The notes below the pieces were generated by a model. That model searched no databases. It had not been told where the DNA came from and worked only from the letters and a program-made list of their open reading frames with translations. This document shows, piece by piece, positions 42,395-51,288 of a stretch of DNA of 64,000 nucleotides (positions are counted from its first letter, which is position 1; each line of letters opens with the position of its first letter). Both the position numbers and the translations under genes were made by a program. The DNA is from an uncultured Verrucomicrobiae bacterium. GTDB taxonomy: Bacteria; Verrucomicrobiota; Verrucomicrobiia; Chthoniobacterales; JAFAMB01. The stretch is from positions 3,240 through 67,239 of the forward strand of contig CAVSUL010000009.1 in the NCBI GenBank assembly GCA_963731325.1. The letters run 5' to 3'.

Positions 42395-43788
42395 CAACGG
42401 AGGAAAAATTCCACCTCATCGGAATAAACGTGAAAAGGGTCTGGCATCGGCAGGTAGTCCTGACTTTCCAGGGCAATCGAATCCCAGTTAATAATATACT
42501 GCAAATTCTTCCGCTGAAAATGCGAGACTGCGCGTGAACGTCCAACGGCGCGGGTATTTGCCGGGGGGTGTAGCTTGGCATCGTTGCGCCGCACGGTTGC
42601 GTTGAATTCGCCGATCGCTTTCGCCGGTTTCAGGGCAAAGAACAGGCCTCGTTCGGGATTGATATTGTGGTACTCCAGATCAAGGCTCTGCAGCCAGGGG
42701 TCTTGCCAGCTGAGTTTTTGATCTTCCATGAAGGTGGTCAACAGATACTTCTTCGAAATCCAGTCTACTCCTCCGAGCAAGAGTTCGGGTTTCCGCCGAA
42801 TGGCGTCCAAGGTAAAGCCCCAGCTTTCCAGGATCCAGTCGGTTTCATCATCTTGCCCGGATAAATGACGGGTAGCGCACTCCAGAAATTGGTACTGGAT
42901 GTCAAGAGCATCCTGGTGGGAGCCGTCGTCCATTTCGACCAGCCAGTTTCCGTCCGGATCTCGCGAAATTTCCCGAGTGGCCAGCACCGCGTCCCGCAGC
43001 GCAATATTTCGCGGCAACAGGTCTTCTTCCAGTAGGGTCAAAATACAGACGGTGGTGCCGACCTTCAGCGCCGTCGCGAACGGACTCATGTTGGAATCTC
43101 CGATCAGGAGATGGAGCCGGCGGTACCGCCGGTAATCGGCCAGCGGTTCATCGCGGGCATTGATAATTGCGCGGTTAAACTGCACCCACTGATAGATATC
43201 ATTGACGATATGATCGGCGCGCTGGCTCATCTGGAAGGGAACCTGCCCGTGCCGGTTAGGAACTTCAAAATCGAAAGCGAGAGGGTTGGCCTGCCCGACC
43301 CGGCCGGCGCCGGCGTAGATCTGTCGCGTTGCGAGAAAAGCAAGCAGTGAACCCAGAATTTCTGGCGTAAACTGGGCTTCCCGGCGCATCAGATAATTCT
43401 CGTGACAACCAAAAGTCGCACCGGTGTGGTGATCGATATTGTTTTTCAAGAAAGATATCTCATCGGCGACGCCGAGTTCACGGATCGCCTGGCACAAGAG
43501 AAGATCGCCGGCGATATCGTACGAAACAAGATCTCGCAATGCCAGGCACTCCGGTGATGAATACTCCAAGTGTCCCATGTCGAGGTAGAGACGCCCTCCG
43601 TTTAGAAGAAAACCTCCGTTCCCCGGCGGTTCTTCGTAGTCGCGGTAATGGAGATCAATTGCGCCAATATGACATTTGCGAAACAGGTGGTTTTTAACCT
43701 TTACCGGCCAGGCGTCCGCCTGACTTTGCAGCTGATCCTCGGAGATTAAACAGCCGTATTCAGTCTCTAGGCCGACCACTCGGTTCAT
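42394..43788 (-). CDS. Pup-ligase/deamidase family protein (PafA/Dop homologue)
   Basis: VVGLETEYG, GGRLYLDMGHLEYSSPEC, GCHENYL, ATRQIYAGAGRVG and INARDEPLADYRRYRRLHLLIGDSNMS track the Mycobacterium PafA sequence motif by motif, from memory. Confidence 0.85.
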   Translation of the reverse strand: MNRVVGLETEYGCLISEDQLQSQADAWPVKVKNHLFRKCHIGAIDLHYRDYEEPPGNGGFLLNGGRLYLDMGHLEYSSPECLALRDLVSYDIAGDLLLCQAIRELGVADEISFLKNNIDHHTGATFGCHENYLMRREAQFTPEILGSLLAFLATRQIYAGAGRVGQANPLAFDFEVPNRHGQVPFQMSQRADHIVNDIYQWVQFNRAIINARDEPLADYRRYRRLHLLIGDSNMSPFATALKVGTTVCILTLLEEDLLPRNIALRDAVLATREISRDPDGNWLVEMDDGSHQDALDIQYQFLECATRHLSGQDDETDWILESWGFTLDAIRRKPELLLGGVDWISKKYLLTTFMEDQKLSWQDPWLQSLDLEYHNINPERGLFFALKPAKAIGEFNATVRRNDAKLHPPANTRAVGRSRAVSHFQRKNLQYIINWDSIALESQDYLPMPDPFHVYSDEVEFFLR

Positions 43789-43849
43789 GCTGGCCGCAGT
43801 GTCCGTCGAAAGTTGTCGACGGGCAAACGATAATCAAACCGACGAGCGA

Positions 43850-43924
43850 GGCTCGAGTGCGGAGAGATACGTTGCGAGACAGCCGCTTTATCCGAGCCTT
43901 AGCGAGGACTCGTCTGAGCCGACG
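43850..43924. repeat. Family B repeat module, partial copy
   Basis: GTTGCGAGACAGCCGCTTTATCCGAGCCTTAGCGAGGACTCGTCTGAGCCGACG is nearly identical to 37004-37057, in the same orientation. Confidence 0.85.
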
Positions 43925-44036
43925 TTGGAGTTGCCATATACACGGCCCGGCTCACACGGCCCGGTTCCTCCTTCGCTCTCCGGAGCTTTTCGCGGCCTGA
44001 TGCCGTGGGGCCCATGCCCTTAAACAATTTGGCGGA

Positions 44037-45719
44037 TCAACCGGGTTTCTGGTCCTTTTTCCCTTTCGCCGGCGGGTGTCCGCCACCTCCTTTTTGAGGA
44101 GCATGTTGAGGAGCACGTGCCGCCTGTGGACGTGGCGGGGCCGGATGAGGAGCAGAAGCGGGGTGATAGGCCGATGCGTGGGTAACCGTATGCTGAACAG
44201 CCGTCGTCCGGTGCACCGTTTGCTGCTGCGTGACTATCCGCGCCTGCTCCTGCTTTGCGCTGCTATGGTGCGTCGCTTCGGCGATCCGGTTCGAGGCTAC
44301 GTTTTTTTTTACTTCTTGTTGTTTGCGAACCTGTTCGGCCTGAGCCTTCTCCGCCTGCAAACGCTGCGCGGTTTGTTGCTGAGTATGCGCCTTTTCGTTG
44401 GCCAGTTGCTCGGCATGCTGACGTCCAAGTTCGGCTTGTCGAGTTTGCTCTGCTTTGTTCTGTTCGAGCTTTTGCGCTTCTCCCGTGGCTCCATTTGAGA
44501 CAGGCGGCTGGTTCGCCGTCTTTTTATTTTCGACAGCCGGTCCTGGTTGACCCGCCTTGGCGCCGGTCGTAACCGGTTTTTGCTCAGTCGCGGTGATGGA
44601 TTTGGGTTGTTGCGGTCCCGGTCCAGCTCCCGGAACTCCTGGTTTTGCACCAGCGTTGGCCGGCACTGGCGGTACCCCTGGCTGACCGGGTTTGCCGGCT
44701 CGCTTGGTCAAGAACTGTGGCTTTAGGTTTGCCGTAGTCTTGGGCGGGGCGTTCTGCGGCGCCGGTGCAGCTTTCGCAAGTTTCTGCTGCAGCTCCGTTC
44801 GTTGGGCCGCCGGAACATTCTGCCAGCCTCGCTCGACTTGGGCGGCTCCTAGTTGGCGTTTCACGGTCGGGTGAATCGAGGCCACCTGCTTCAATTGAGC
44901 TGGAGGAGCGAGCACTTGAAGCTGATTCCCTTGCCGGAGCGAGTGAAAGGCAGCCTTCGGATCTGTTTGCGCCTGGTAGTTGATGTTGTAGCGCGGAATT
45001 GGCTGACCCAACCGCTGCTGCAGGGTGGCCACCTGGGGACCGTAATTATTGATTACGCTGTTGTTGTTATAGATGTTCGTAATGTTTCGCGACTGATTGA
45101 ATACGGTCAGATTCTGGCTTGGCGGGATCCAGTAGCCGCGGTAACTCGGCCGCCCCCAGTCGCCAAATCGAATGAAGAGATAGGCCGCCGGACCGATGCC
45201 GTAGTAGGTATCGCACCAGGACGAAACAGCAAACGAAGTGGTTACGGTGCATTCCGGCGGCAATGGCGCCCAACCCACGTCGTCATCGCTCTGCCGCCAG
45301 GAAACCCAGGCTGGAGCCCACTCCCTTCCCGGCACCCAGACCCAGCCAACACCGCTCACGAGCACCCAACGACCATAATGGTAAGTTGCCCAACCGAAGT
45401 TCTCGTCGGTGTCCCAATACCAGCCGCGATCGGTCCACACCCAGCGACCATCGGAATAGGGTCGCCAATCCGATGTTTCAGCCGCGACGGTTGGCTGAAA
45501 GACGTAGCCGTAAGTATCGTCGTCATACCACACGCCGTCACTGGAGAGGCGGTCATAGAATACATCGTAATCGTCTCCAGTGTTCTCGTCGTCGCCTTCA
45601 TAGTCGACAAAGGAATGGATGGCCGGGGGTGGTTGGACTTGGTTCGGAACCGGGTTCCCCACCACGCCGGAGATCAGAGCGCCGGAGAGAAATACTGCAG
45701 GAAGAATTGCGCGCGACAT
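44037..45719 (-). CDS. Secreted Trp/Gly-rich repeat protein (DUF6600 / YXWGXW-like) with a long Pro/Gln/Ala/Lys-rich low-complexity tail
   Basis: A signal peptide is followed by GRWVWTDRGWYWDTDENFGWATYHYGRWVLVSGVGWVWVPGREWAPAWVSW. The C-terminal ~300 aa are low-complexity. The family name is from memory. Confidence 0.5.
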   Translation of the reverse strand: MSRAILPAVFLSGALISGVVGNPVPNQVQPPPAIHSFVDYEGDDENTGDDYDVFYDRLSSDGVWYDDDTYGYVFQPTVAAETSDWRPYSDGRWVWTDRGWYWDTDENFGWATYHYGRWVLVSGVGWVWVPGREWAPAWVSWRQSDDDVGWAPLPPECTVTTSFAVSSWCDTYYGIGPAAYLFIRFGDWGRPSYRGYWIPPSQNLTVFNQSRNITNIYNNNSVINNYGPQVATLQQRLGQPIPRYNINYQAQTDPKAAFHSLRQGNQLQVLAPPAQLKQVASIHPTVKRQLGAAQVERGWQNVPAAQRTELQQKLAKAAPAPQNAPPKTTANLKPQFLTKRAGKPGQPGVPPVPANAGAKPGVPGAGPGPQQPKSITATEQKPVTTGAKAGQPGPAVENKKTANQPPVSNGATGEAQKLEQNKAEQTRQAELGRQHAEQLANEKAHTQQQTAQRLQAEKAQAEQVRKQQEVKKNVASNRIAEATHHSSAKQEQARIVTQQQTVHRTTAVQHTVTHASAYHPASAPHPAPPRPQAARAPQHAPQKGGGGHPPAKGKKDQKPG

Positions 45720-45786
45720 GGCTTAGTAGTTAGACTTTTGCTGACCGATACTTATTCAACCGCCGCCTTCGAGAAAAGATTCGGAA

Positions 45787-45844
45787 AGATTAGCCTGAAT
45801 CGCCCGCACATCCTGAGAGAGGTGCAGGCGATTCAGGCTAATCT
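45787..45844. promoter_or_regulatory. Perfect 18-bp inverted repeat with a 22-nt spacer in the divergent region upstream of gltX
   Basis: AGATTAGCCTGAATCGCC at 45787-45804 pairs with GGCGATTCAGGCTAATCT at 45827-45844. Confidence 0.6.
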
Positions 45845-45891
45845 CTAAAAATCTATTTGCGCCTGGGCTTCGGACAAGGGTTGATATCGAG

Positions 45892-47220
45892 ATGAGTTCT
45901 TCGGTTCGCGTCCGATTCGCTCCGTCGCCGACGGGTTTCCTGCACGTCGGCGGGGCGCGCACAGCTTTATTTAACTGGCTTTTTGCCCGCCATCATCAAG
46001 GCACGATGGTCCTGCGCATTGAGGACACCGACAAGACCAGGGAAAGAGAGGATGCAGTCCAAGTGATTTACGACGGCCTGCGCTGGCTTGGACTGGAATG
46101 GGACGAGGGAGGCGATAAAGGAGGGAAATTTGGTCCTTACTTCCAAAGCGAGCGGGGTGAAATCTATGAGCGTTATCTAGATCGGCTAGCGAAGTCTGGA
46201 TCAGTTTATGAAGACGATGGCGCTATCCGATTCCGATCGCCCAGGCGGCCGGTTGTGGTGGACGACATGGTGTGCGGGCGCATTGAATTCGATCGTTCGC
46301 TCGATCCCGACATGACGATCCGCCGGCCGGACGGTTCCTGGATCTTTCATTTCGTCAACGTGATCGACGATATCGAGATGCGCATTTCACATGTCATCCG
46401 GGCCGAAGATCATCTTACCAATACCGCCAAGCACATTGAGCTTTACCGGGCGCTTGGCCAGCAGCCTCCTCAGTTCGCGCACGTGCCGCTGATCTTGAAC
46501 CGCGACGGAACGAAAATGAGTAAACGAGATGCGGGATCAAGCGTCTCAACGTATATCGAGCAAGGCTATGCGCCGGAAGCAGTCCGCAACTATCTTTGTC
46601 TGCTCGGTTGGTCGCCGAAAGATAATCGCGAGAAAATTCCAATCGACGAGGTCATCGCGTTGTTTGATCTGACCAAAGTTAACCGGCGAAATGCATCCTT
46701 TGATCTCGATAAATGTTTCTGGTTGAACGGGCAGTACATTCTACACATGCCCCTCGATCGGTTTCGCGAACTTAGCCAGCCGTTTATCGAAACGGCGGGC
46801 ATCCGTGTCGAAGACGAGGATTATCTTTGCCGGATTCTAGGGATCATCAAAGAAAAGATCCGGCTTTTTAGCGATGTGCCCGAATGGATTGCGTACTTCT
46901 TCGATGACCGATATCCATTCGACACGGCCAGCGTGGAAAAAACATTGCGGAAACCGGGAGCGCTCGACCGTCTTCGCCGCTTGCAGGAGCGGTTTGGCGG
47001 ATTGCGGGACTGGACCCCGGAAAGTCTTGAAGACAGTCTGAAGGCGTTGGCCGCGGAGCTCGGTTGTAAAACGGGTGACTTGATCCATCCAGCGCGAGTA
47101 GCGATTAGCGGGCGCTCGGTCGGACCCAGTCTCTATCACATGCTTGAGGTGCTTGGGCGGGACCGAGTGCTCGCTCGCCTGGAACGCGCTCGCCGTGAAT
47201 TTGCCGGCGAGGAAACATGA
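45892..47220 (+). CDS. gltX: Glutamate--tRNA ligase
   Basis: RVRFAPSPTGFLHVGGARTALFNWLFA contains the HIGH region, and KMSKRD is the KMSKS motif. Confidence 0.95.
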   Translation: MSSSVRVRFAPSPTGFLHVGGARTALFNWLFARHHQGTMVLRIEDTDKTREREDAVQVIYDGLRWLGLEWDEGGDKGGKFGPYFQSERGEIYERYLDRLAKSGSVYEDDGAIRFRSPRRPVVVDDMVCGRIEFDRSLDPDMTIRRPDGSWIFHFVNVIDDIEMRISHVIRAEDHLTNTAKHIELYRALGQQPPQFAHVPLILNRDGTKMSKRDAGSSVSTYIEQGYAPEAVRNYLCLLGWSPKDNREKIPIDEVIALFDLTKVNRRNASFDLDKCFWLNGQYILHMPLDRFRELSQPFIETAGIRVEDEDYLCRILGIIKEKIRLFSDVPEWIAYFFDDRYPFDTASVEKTLRKPGALDRLRRLQERFGGLRDWTPESLEDSLKALAAELGCKTGDLIHPARVAISGRSVGPSLYHMLEVLGRDRVLARLERARREFAGEET

Positions 47221-48062
47221 GTGGCGCGACGGCACCCGAGCGCCTGGCGGTGCTGGGCGATCCAGTCGAGCACTCGCTCTCCCCGCAGATGCACAACGCC
47301 GCGCTGCAAAGTCTGCATCTGCCTTATCGTTATGGCCGGCGCCGGGTCTTGCCGGCTGACTTGAGTCGAGAGTTTCCGAAACTGAGAGGTGACGAATACC
47401 TTGGCTGGAATCTGACTGTGCCGCACAAGGTCAGGGCGGTCAGCCTGGTCGATTGCCTGGATTCTGTTGCCGAGCGCCTTGGGGCGATCAACACCGTTGT
47501 TCATCAATCCGGCCGCCTGTTTGGCTTTAACACCGATGGCTCGGGTTTGCTGGCGGCGATCAACGAAGCGTTCGCTTGCGATTTGAGCGTCACCCGAGTG
47601 GCGATTTTGGGCGCGGGCGGTGGGGCTGGGCGAGCAATCGCTCGGTATTTGGCCTCGCTCGGAGTCCGTCATCTCTTACTGATCAATCGCACTGTTCAGA
47701 AGGCGAACGAACTGGGAGAGGAGCTGTCGGCGTCGGTGCCGGTCGAAGTATTTGCCTGGGATCGGCTGGACGTCGTGTTCGCCAACACGGATTTGGTGAT
47801 CAATGCGACCACCTTGGGGCTAGCAGGTGAGGCGATTGATTGGCCGGGCGAGTGGCTGGGCAAGAATCATCGGGTGCTGGATATGGTCTATGGCCGGGGC
47901 GACACCCCGCTCGTATTGTGGGCCCGTCGCCATGGTACACCCGCGGTTGACGGACTCTTGATGCTCCTGCACCAAGGAGTCGCCGCGTTTGAGCTCTGGT
48001 TCGGGAAGCCCGCGCCTCGCGAAGTCATGCGGGAGGCGTTGTTCCGGGCAGCGGGAAGATAG
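47217..48062 (+). CDS. aroE: Shikimate dehydrogenase
   Basis: LGDPVEHSLSPQMHNAA, NLTVPHK, GAGGGAGRAI and GLLMLLHQG are present. The start overlaps the gltX stop as ATGA. Confidence 0.9.
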   Translation: MSGATAPERLAVLGDPVEHSLSPQMHNAALQSLHLPYRYGRRRVLPADLSREFPKLRGDEYLGWNLTVPHKVRAVSLVDCLDSVAERLGAINTVVHQSGRLFGFNTDGSGLLAAINEAFACDLSVTRVAILGAGGGAGRAIARYLASLGVRHLLLINRTVQKANELGEELSASVPVEVFAWDRLDVVFANTDLVINATTLGLAGEAIDWPGEWLGKNHRVLDMVYGRGDTPLVLWARRHGTPAVDGLLMLLHQGVAAFELWFGKPAPREVMREALFRAAGR

Positions 48063-48327
48063 AGGACCGGCGGGATGAAGGCTGGAAGGCTCGAAGATTG
48101 GAAGGATGGAATTCGGGCAGTGGCAGTAGTCCCGCTCTAGCCGTCTTCCAACTCCCAGAATCAAACAGCTCCAAGCTTCGGAGCTTCTCTGCCTCTGAAC
48201 TCCGAAAGATTCTCTCGACTGCCGGCCTCTGGGGTCCGGCGGCCTCAGCGATTTCCAAACCCCCGTCCTTCCAGTCCTCCATCCTTGTGATCCGGACAGT
48301 TTTCGTTAAACTTGCCCGTCGCCTTTT

Positions 48328-50031
48328 ATGACGTTGTTAGAGCCTCTGGTCGAGATAGCCGGTTCAAGTCGTTGCGTCGATCTTGAGGCGTGCCGTCGCG
48401 CCTTAAGTGAAGCCTTGGACGAGCAGCGATCCCTGGTGCGTTCGGTTCTCGATGCCAAACTGGTCGACGAAACGGAATTTCTCAAAGGTCTTAGCCGCTG
48501 GCTGGAAATTCCCTGGTGGACTGAGCCAATTGTCACGGTGGCTGGCCCGTTACGGGAGAAAGTTCCAGCGCGAATCGCTCTTCGTTACCATGTCGTGCCT
48601 CTCCAACATGAGGACAACGATATCTGGATCGCCGGCTACGATCCCTTCGACTTGCTCGGTCGGCAGGCGTTGGCTTCCTCGTTGAAGGAACGCATTTTCT
48701 TTGTGATGTCGACTCGGACCCAGATTATGCAGGCGCTCCGGCAAGGATATGGGATCGGGGCGGAAACCTTTGAAGCGATCCTTGAAGGAAGGACCGAGGA
48801 AGAGATCGCGCTCGATGTCAAACAGGAGACAAACGTACTTGACCTGGATGACTCCGAGGCTTCGGTTGTGAAGTTTGTCAACCAGATCCTGCGCGAAGCG
48901 CTCGAGCAAAGGGCGACCGACATCCATGTGGAGCCAATGCAGGATGATCTGCGGATCCGCTATCGGATCGACGGAATGCTGCACGAGGTGCCGGTGCCGC
49001 CGAACATCAAGGTGTTGCAGGCGTCGGTGATTTCCCGGCTCAAGATCATGGCGCACCTCGACATCGCGGAACGCCGGTTGCCGCAGGACGGTCGAATCCC
49101 GCTGGAGCTGGATGGTCAGCCCATCGATGTGCGCGTGGCCACGATCCCTTCGGTCGCCGGCGAGAGTATCAGCCTGCGATTGCTTGGCCGAGAGCAATTT
49201 ACCTTTGAACGTCTGGGCTTGGATGGCGCGGCTCAGAGTCGTATTAAGCAGCTGCTCGCGTTACCTAATGGCATCGTTTTACTGACCGGTCCGACCGGTT
49301 GCGGAAAATCAACTACGCTGTACACCTTCCTCTCCAGCCTCAATACCAAGGACCGGCGGATTGTGACAATCGAGGACCCGGTCGAGTATTCGTTGCCCGG
49401 CGTTATCCAGATTGCCGTTAAACCAGACATCGACCTGACCTTTGCCAATGGGCTCCGCAGTATTCTCCGCGGTGATCCGAACGTCATCATGGTTGGTGAG
49501 ATGCGGGACCGCGAAACGGCGGAGATCGCGATCCGCGGTGCGTTAACTGGGCACCTCGTTTTTAGCACTGTCCATACCAATGATGCGATCGGCGGTATTA
49601 CGCGATTGATTGACATGGGAATCGAACCATTTCTGGTCGCCAACTCCGTCCGCTCCTTTATCGCGCAACGGTTGGTCCGAGTGCTTTGCCGTCATTGCAA
49701 GAGTCCGGCGAACCCGTCCCTCGAATACCTGCAGCAGGTTGGTTTTCCAGTTCAGGACGTGGAGAGGGCGATGGGTGCGGTCGGTTGTGAGTCGTGCCGG
49801 TTCACCGGGTATGATGGGCGCGCGGCGATTTACGAGATCTGCCTGCTTTCTCAGCGACTCCAGGACATGATCACCCAGGGCCGTCCCGCTTCCGCCATGC
49901 GCGCCGTCGCCATGGAAGAAGGAATGTTGCCATTGAGACAATATGGCTGGAAAAAAGTGCTGGAAGGCACAACGACGATTGAGGAAGTAGTTCGAGTGAC
50001 GGCAGCAGATCTCGAGATGATCGACGAATAG
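48328..50031 (+). CDS. GspE/PilB-family secretion ATPase (type II secretion / type IV pilus)
   Basis: It has a T2SSE N-terminal domain, Walker A GPTGCGKSTT, GEMRD, an Asp box and a His box (TGHLVFSTVHTND), and a tetracysteine motif CxxC...CxxC. Confidence 0.9.
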   Translation: MTLLEPLVEIAGSSRCVDLEACRRALSEALDEQRSLVRSVLDAKLVDETEFLKGLSRWLEIPWWTEPIVTVAGPLREKVPARIALRYHVVPLQHEDNDIWIAGYDPFDLLGRQALASSLKERIFFVMSTRTQIMQALRQGYGIGAETFEAILEGRTEEEIALDVKQETNVLDLDDSEASVVKFVNQILREALEQRATDIHVEPMQDDLRIRYRIDGMLHEVPVPPNIKVLQASVISRLKIMAHLDIAERRLPQDGRIPLELDGQPIDVRVATIPSVAGESISLRLLGREQFTFERLGLDGAAQSRIKQLLALPNGIVLLTGPTGCGKSTTLYTFLSSLNTKDRRIVTIEDPVEYSLPGVIQIAVKPDIDLTFANGLRSILRGDPNVIMVGEMRDRETAEIAIRGALTGHLVFSTVHTNDAIGGITRLIDMGIEPFLVANSVRSFIAQRLVRVLCRHCKSPANPSLEYLQQVGFPVQDVERAMGAVGCESCRFTGYDGRAAIYEICLLSQRLQDMITQGRPASAMRAVAMEEGMLPLRQYGWKKVLEGTTTIEEVVRVTAADLEMIDE

Positions 50032-50033
50032 TC

Positions 50034-51278
50034 ATGGCACAGTTTGTTTATGAAGCCATGAGTCGGGAAGGCCGCCGGATTTCCGGTCAGCTCGATGCCC
50101 AGACCCGGTCAGAGGCTTTTCGCAAACTCGATCGGGAACGCCTCCAGCCAATCTCGCTAAGGCAAAAGGAAGTTGCGGTTCAGGAAATCGTGCGGCGTCC
50201 CGACACTGCGCCCAAGCCCGGAAACGTCGCGAAGATTCGATTGTCGCGCAGCCAAATTATTCTGTTCACCGAAGAGATGAGCGATTTGCTGGATGCCGGC
50301 TTGCAGATTGAACCGGCTCTGCGCGTGATGGAAGAGCGCAAGGAGTTGTCGGGCCTCAAGGCTGTGGCCACCGCTCTCCGGCAGCAGGTGCGCGAGGGCA
50401 GCAGCCTTTCCGCCGCGCTCCGCCACGTTTCACCGAGTTTTTCGGACTTGTACTGCAATCTGGTCGCGGCCGGCGAAATTAGCGGCTCGCTGCCGCAGTT
50501 GCTCCAACGGCAGGCCACTTTTTTGGTGACGATCGATGAGTTACAGAAGAAGGTCGTCTCAGCTCTGATTTACCCCGCGCTGATCTTTGTCCTGGGAATC
50601 GGTCTGATCTTTCTTTTCATGGCTTACCTCGTGCCTCAGCTCAGCGTGCTCTTTGAGAAAACCGGAAAAGAGCTGCCGCTTTTGACCCGCCTGCTAATCG
50701 GTACCAGTACGTTCATCTCGAATTACTGGTGGGCTATTCTGGGGGCGATTGTGGCCTTGGTCCTTGGATTTGGGCAGATCGTTCGAAGCAGTCGAGGCAA
50801 ACTCTGGTGGCACCGGACCCAACTCCGGTTGCCGCTTGTTGGCGAGATCCTTCGCCGCCGGTTTTACACTCAATTCGCCCAGACCATGGCCAATCTCATC
50901 GAAAATGGTATACCCCTTCTGAGCGGGCTCCGTCTAATGAACAACGCAACCTCGAACCTCCACATTCGTCAGTCCATGAACAAAGTCGTCGATCTTGTCG
51001 GCGAAGGCGGTTCTTTATCTCGCGCCTTGCAACGGGTCGGTCAGTTTCCCCCCTTGATGATCGATATGATATCCGTGGGAGAACAAACAGGTGATCTTGC
51101 CAAAGCATTGGAGAGAGTGGGCCGGCGTTATGACAAAGAACTGAATCTCCGGATCCAGCGGCTTACCTCCTTGATCCAGCCGGTCGTCATTTTCGTGATG
51201 GCCGGTATGGTGGGAGTGATCGCCTACTCGATCATCAACGGAATTTTCGATGCGGTGTCCGGCTTGAATCCCCGGTAG
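50034..51278 (+). CDS. GspF/PilC-family platform protein
   Basis: It has two T2SSF repeats with 3 TM segments. LLDAGLQIEPAL and LIENGIPLLSGL are the family motifs. Confidence 0.9.
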   Translation: MAQFVYEAMSREGRRISGQLDAQTRSEAFRKLDRERLQPISLRQKEVAVQEIVRRPDTAPKPGNVAKIRLSRSQIILFTEEMSDLLDAGLQIEPALRVMEERKELSGLKAVATALRQQVREGSSLSAALRHVSPSFSDLYCNLVAAGEISGSLPQLLQRQATFLVTIDELQKKVVSALIYPALIFVLGIGLIFLFMAYLVPQLSVLFEKTGKELPLLTRLLIGTSTFISNYWWAILGAIVALVLGFGQIVRSSRGKLWWHRTQLRLPLVGEILRRRFYTQFAQTMANLIENGIPLLSGLRLMNNATSNLHIRQSMNKVVDLVGEGGSLSRALQRVGQFPPLMIDMISVGEQTGDLAKALERVGRRYDKELNLRIQRLTSLIQPVVIFVMAGMVGVIAYSIINGIFDAVSGLNPR

Positions 51279-51288
51279 CGCCCTTTGC

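Noticed and set aside
43789-44036. Search for a Pup/UBact-like small gene next to the PafA/Dop homologue.
   Set aside because: The only short ORF (38 codons, MGPTASGREKLRRAKEEPGRV...AQTSPR) ends in repeat-derived sequence. It lacks a C-terminal Gly-Gln/Glu-type end. The thioredoxin-like protein ends in ...ASQ but has a signal peptide, so I do not regard it as a modifier.
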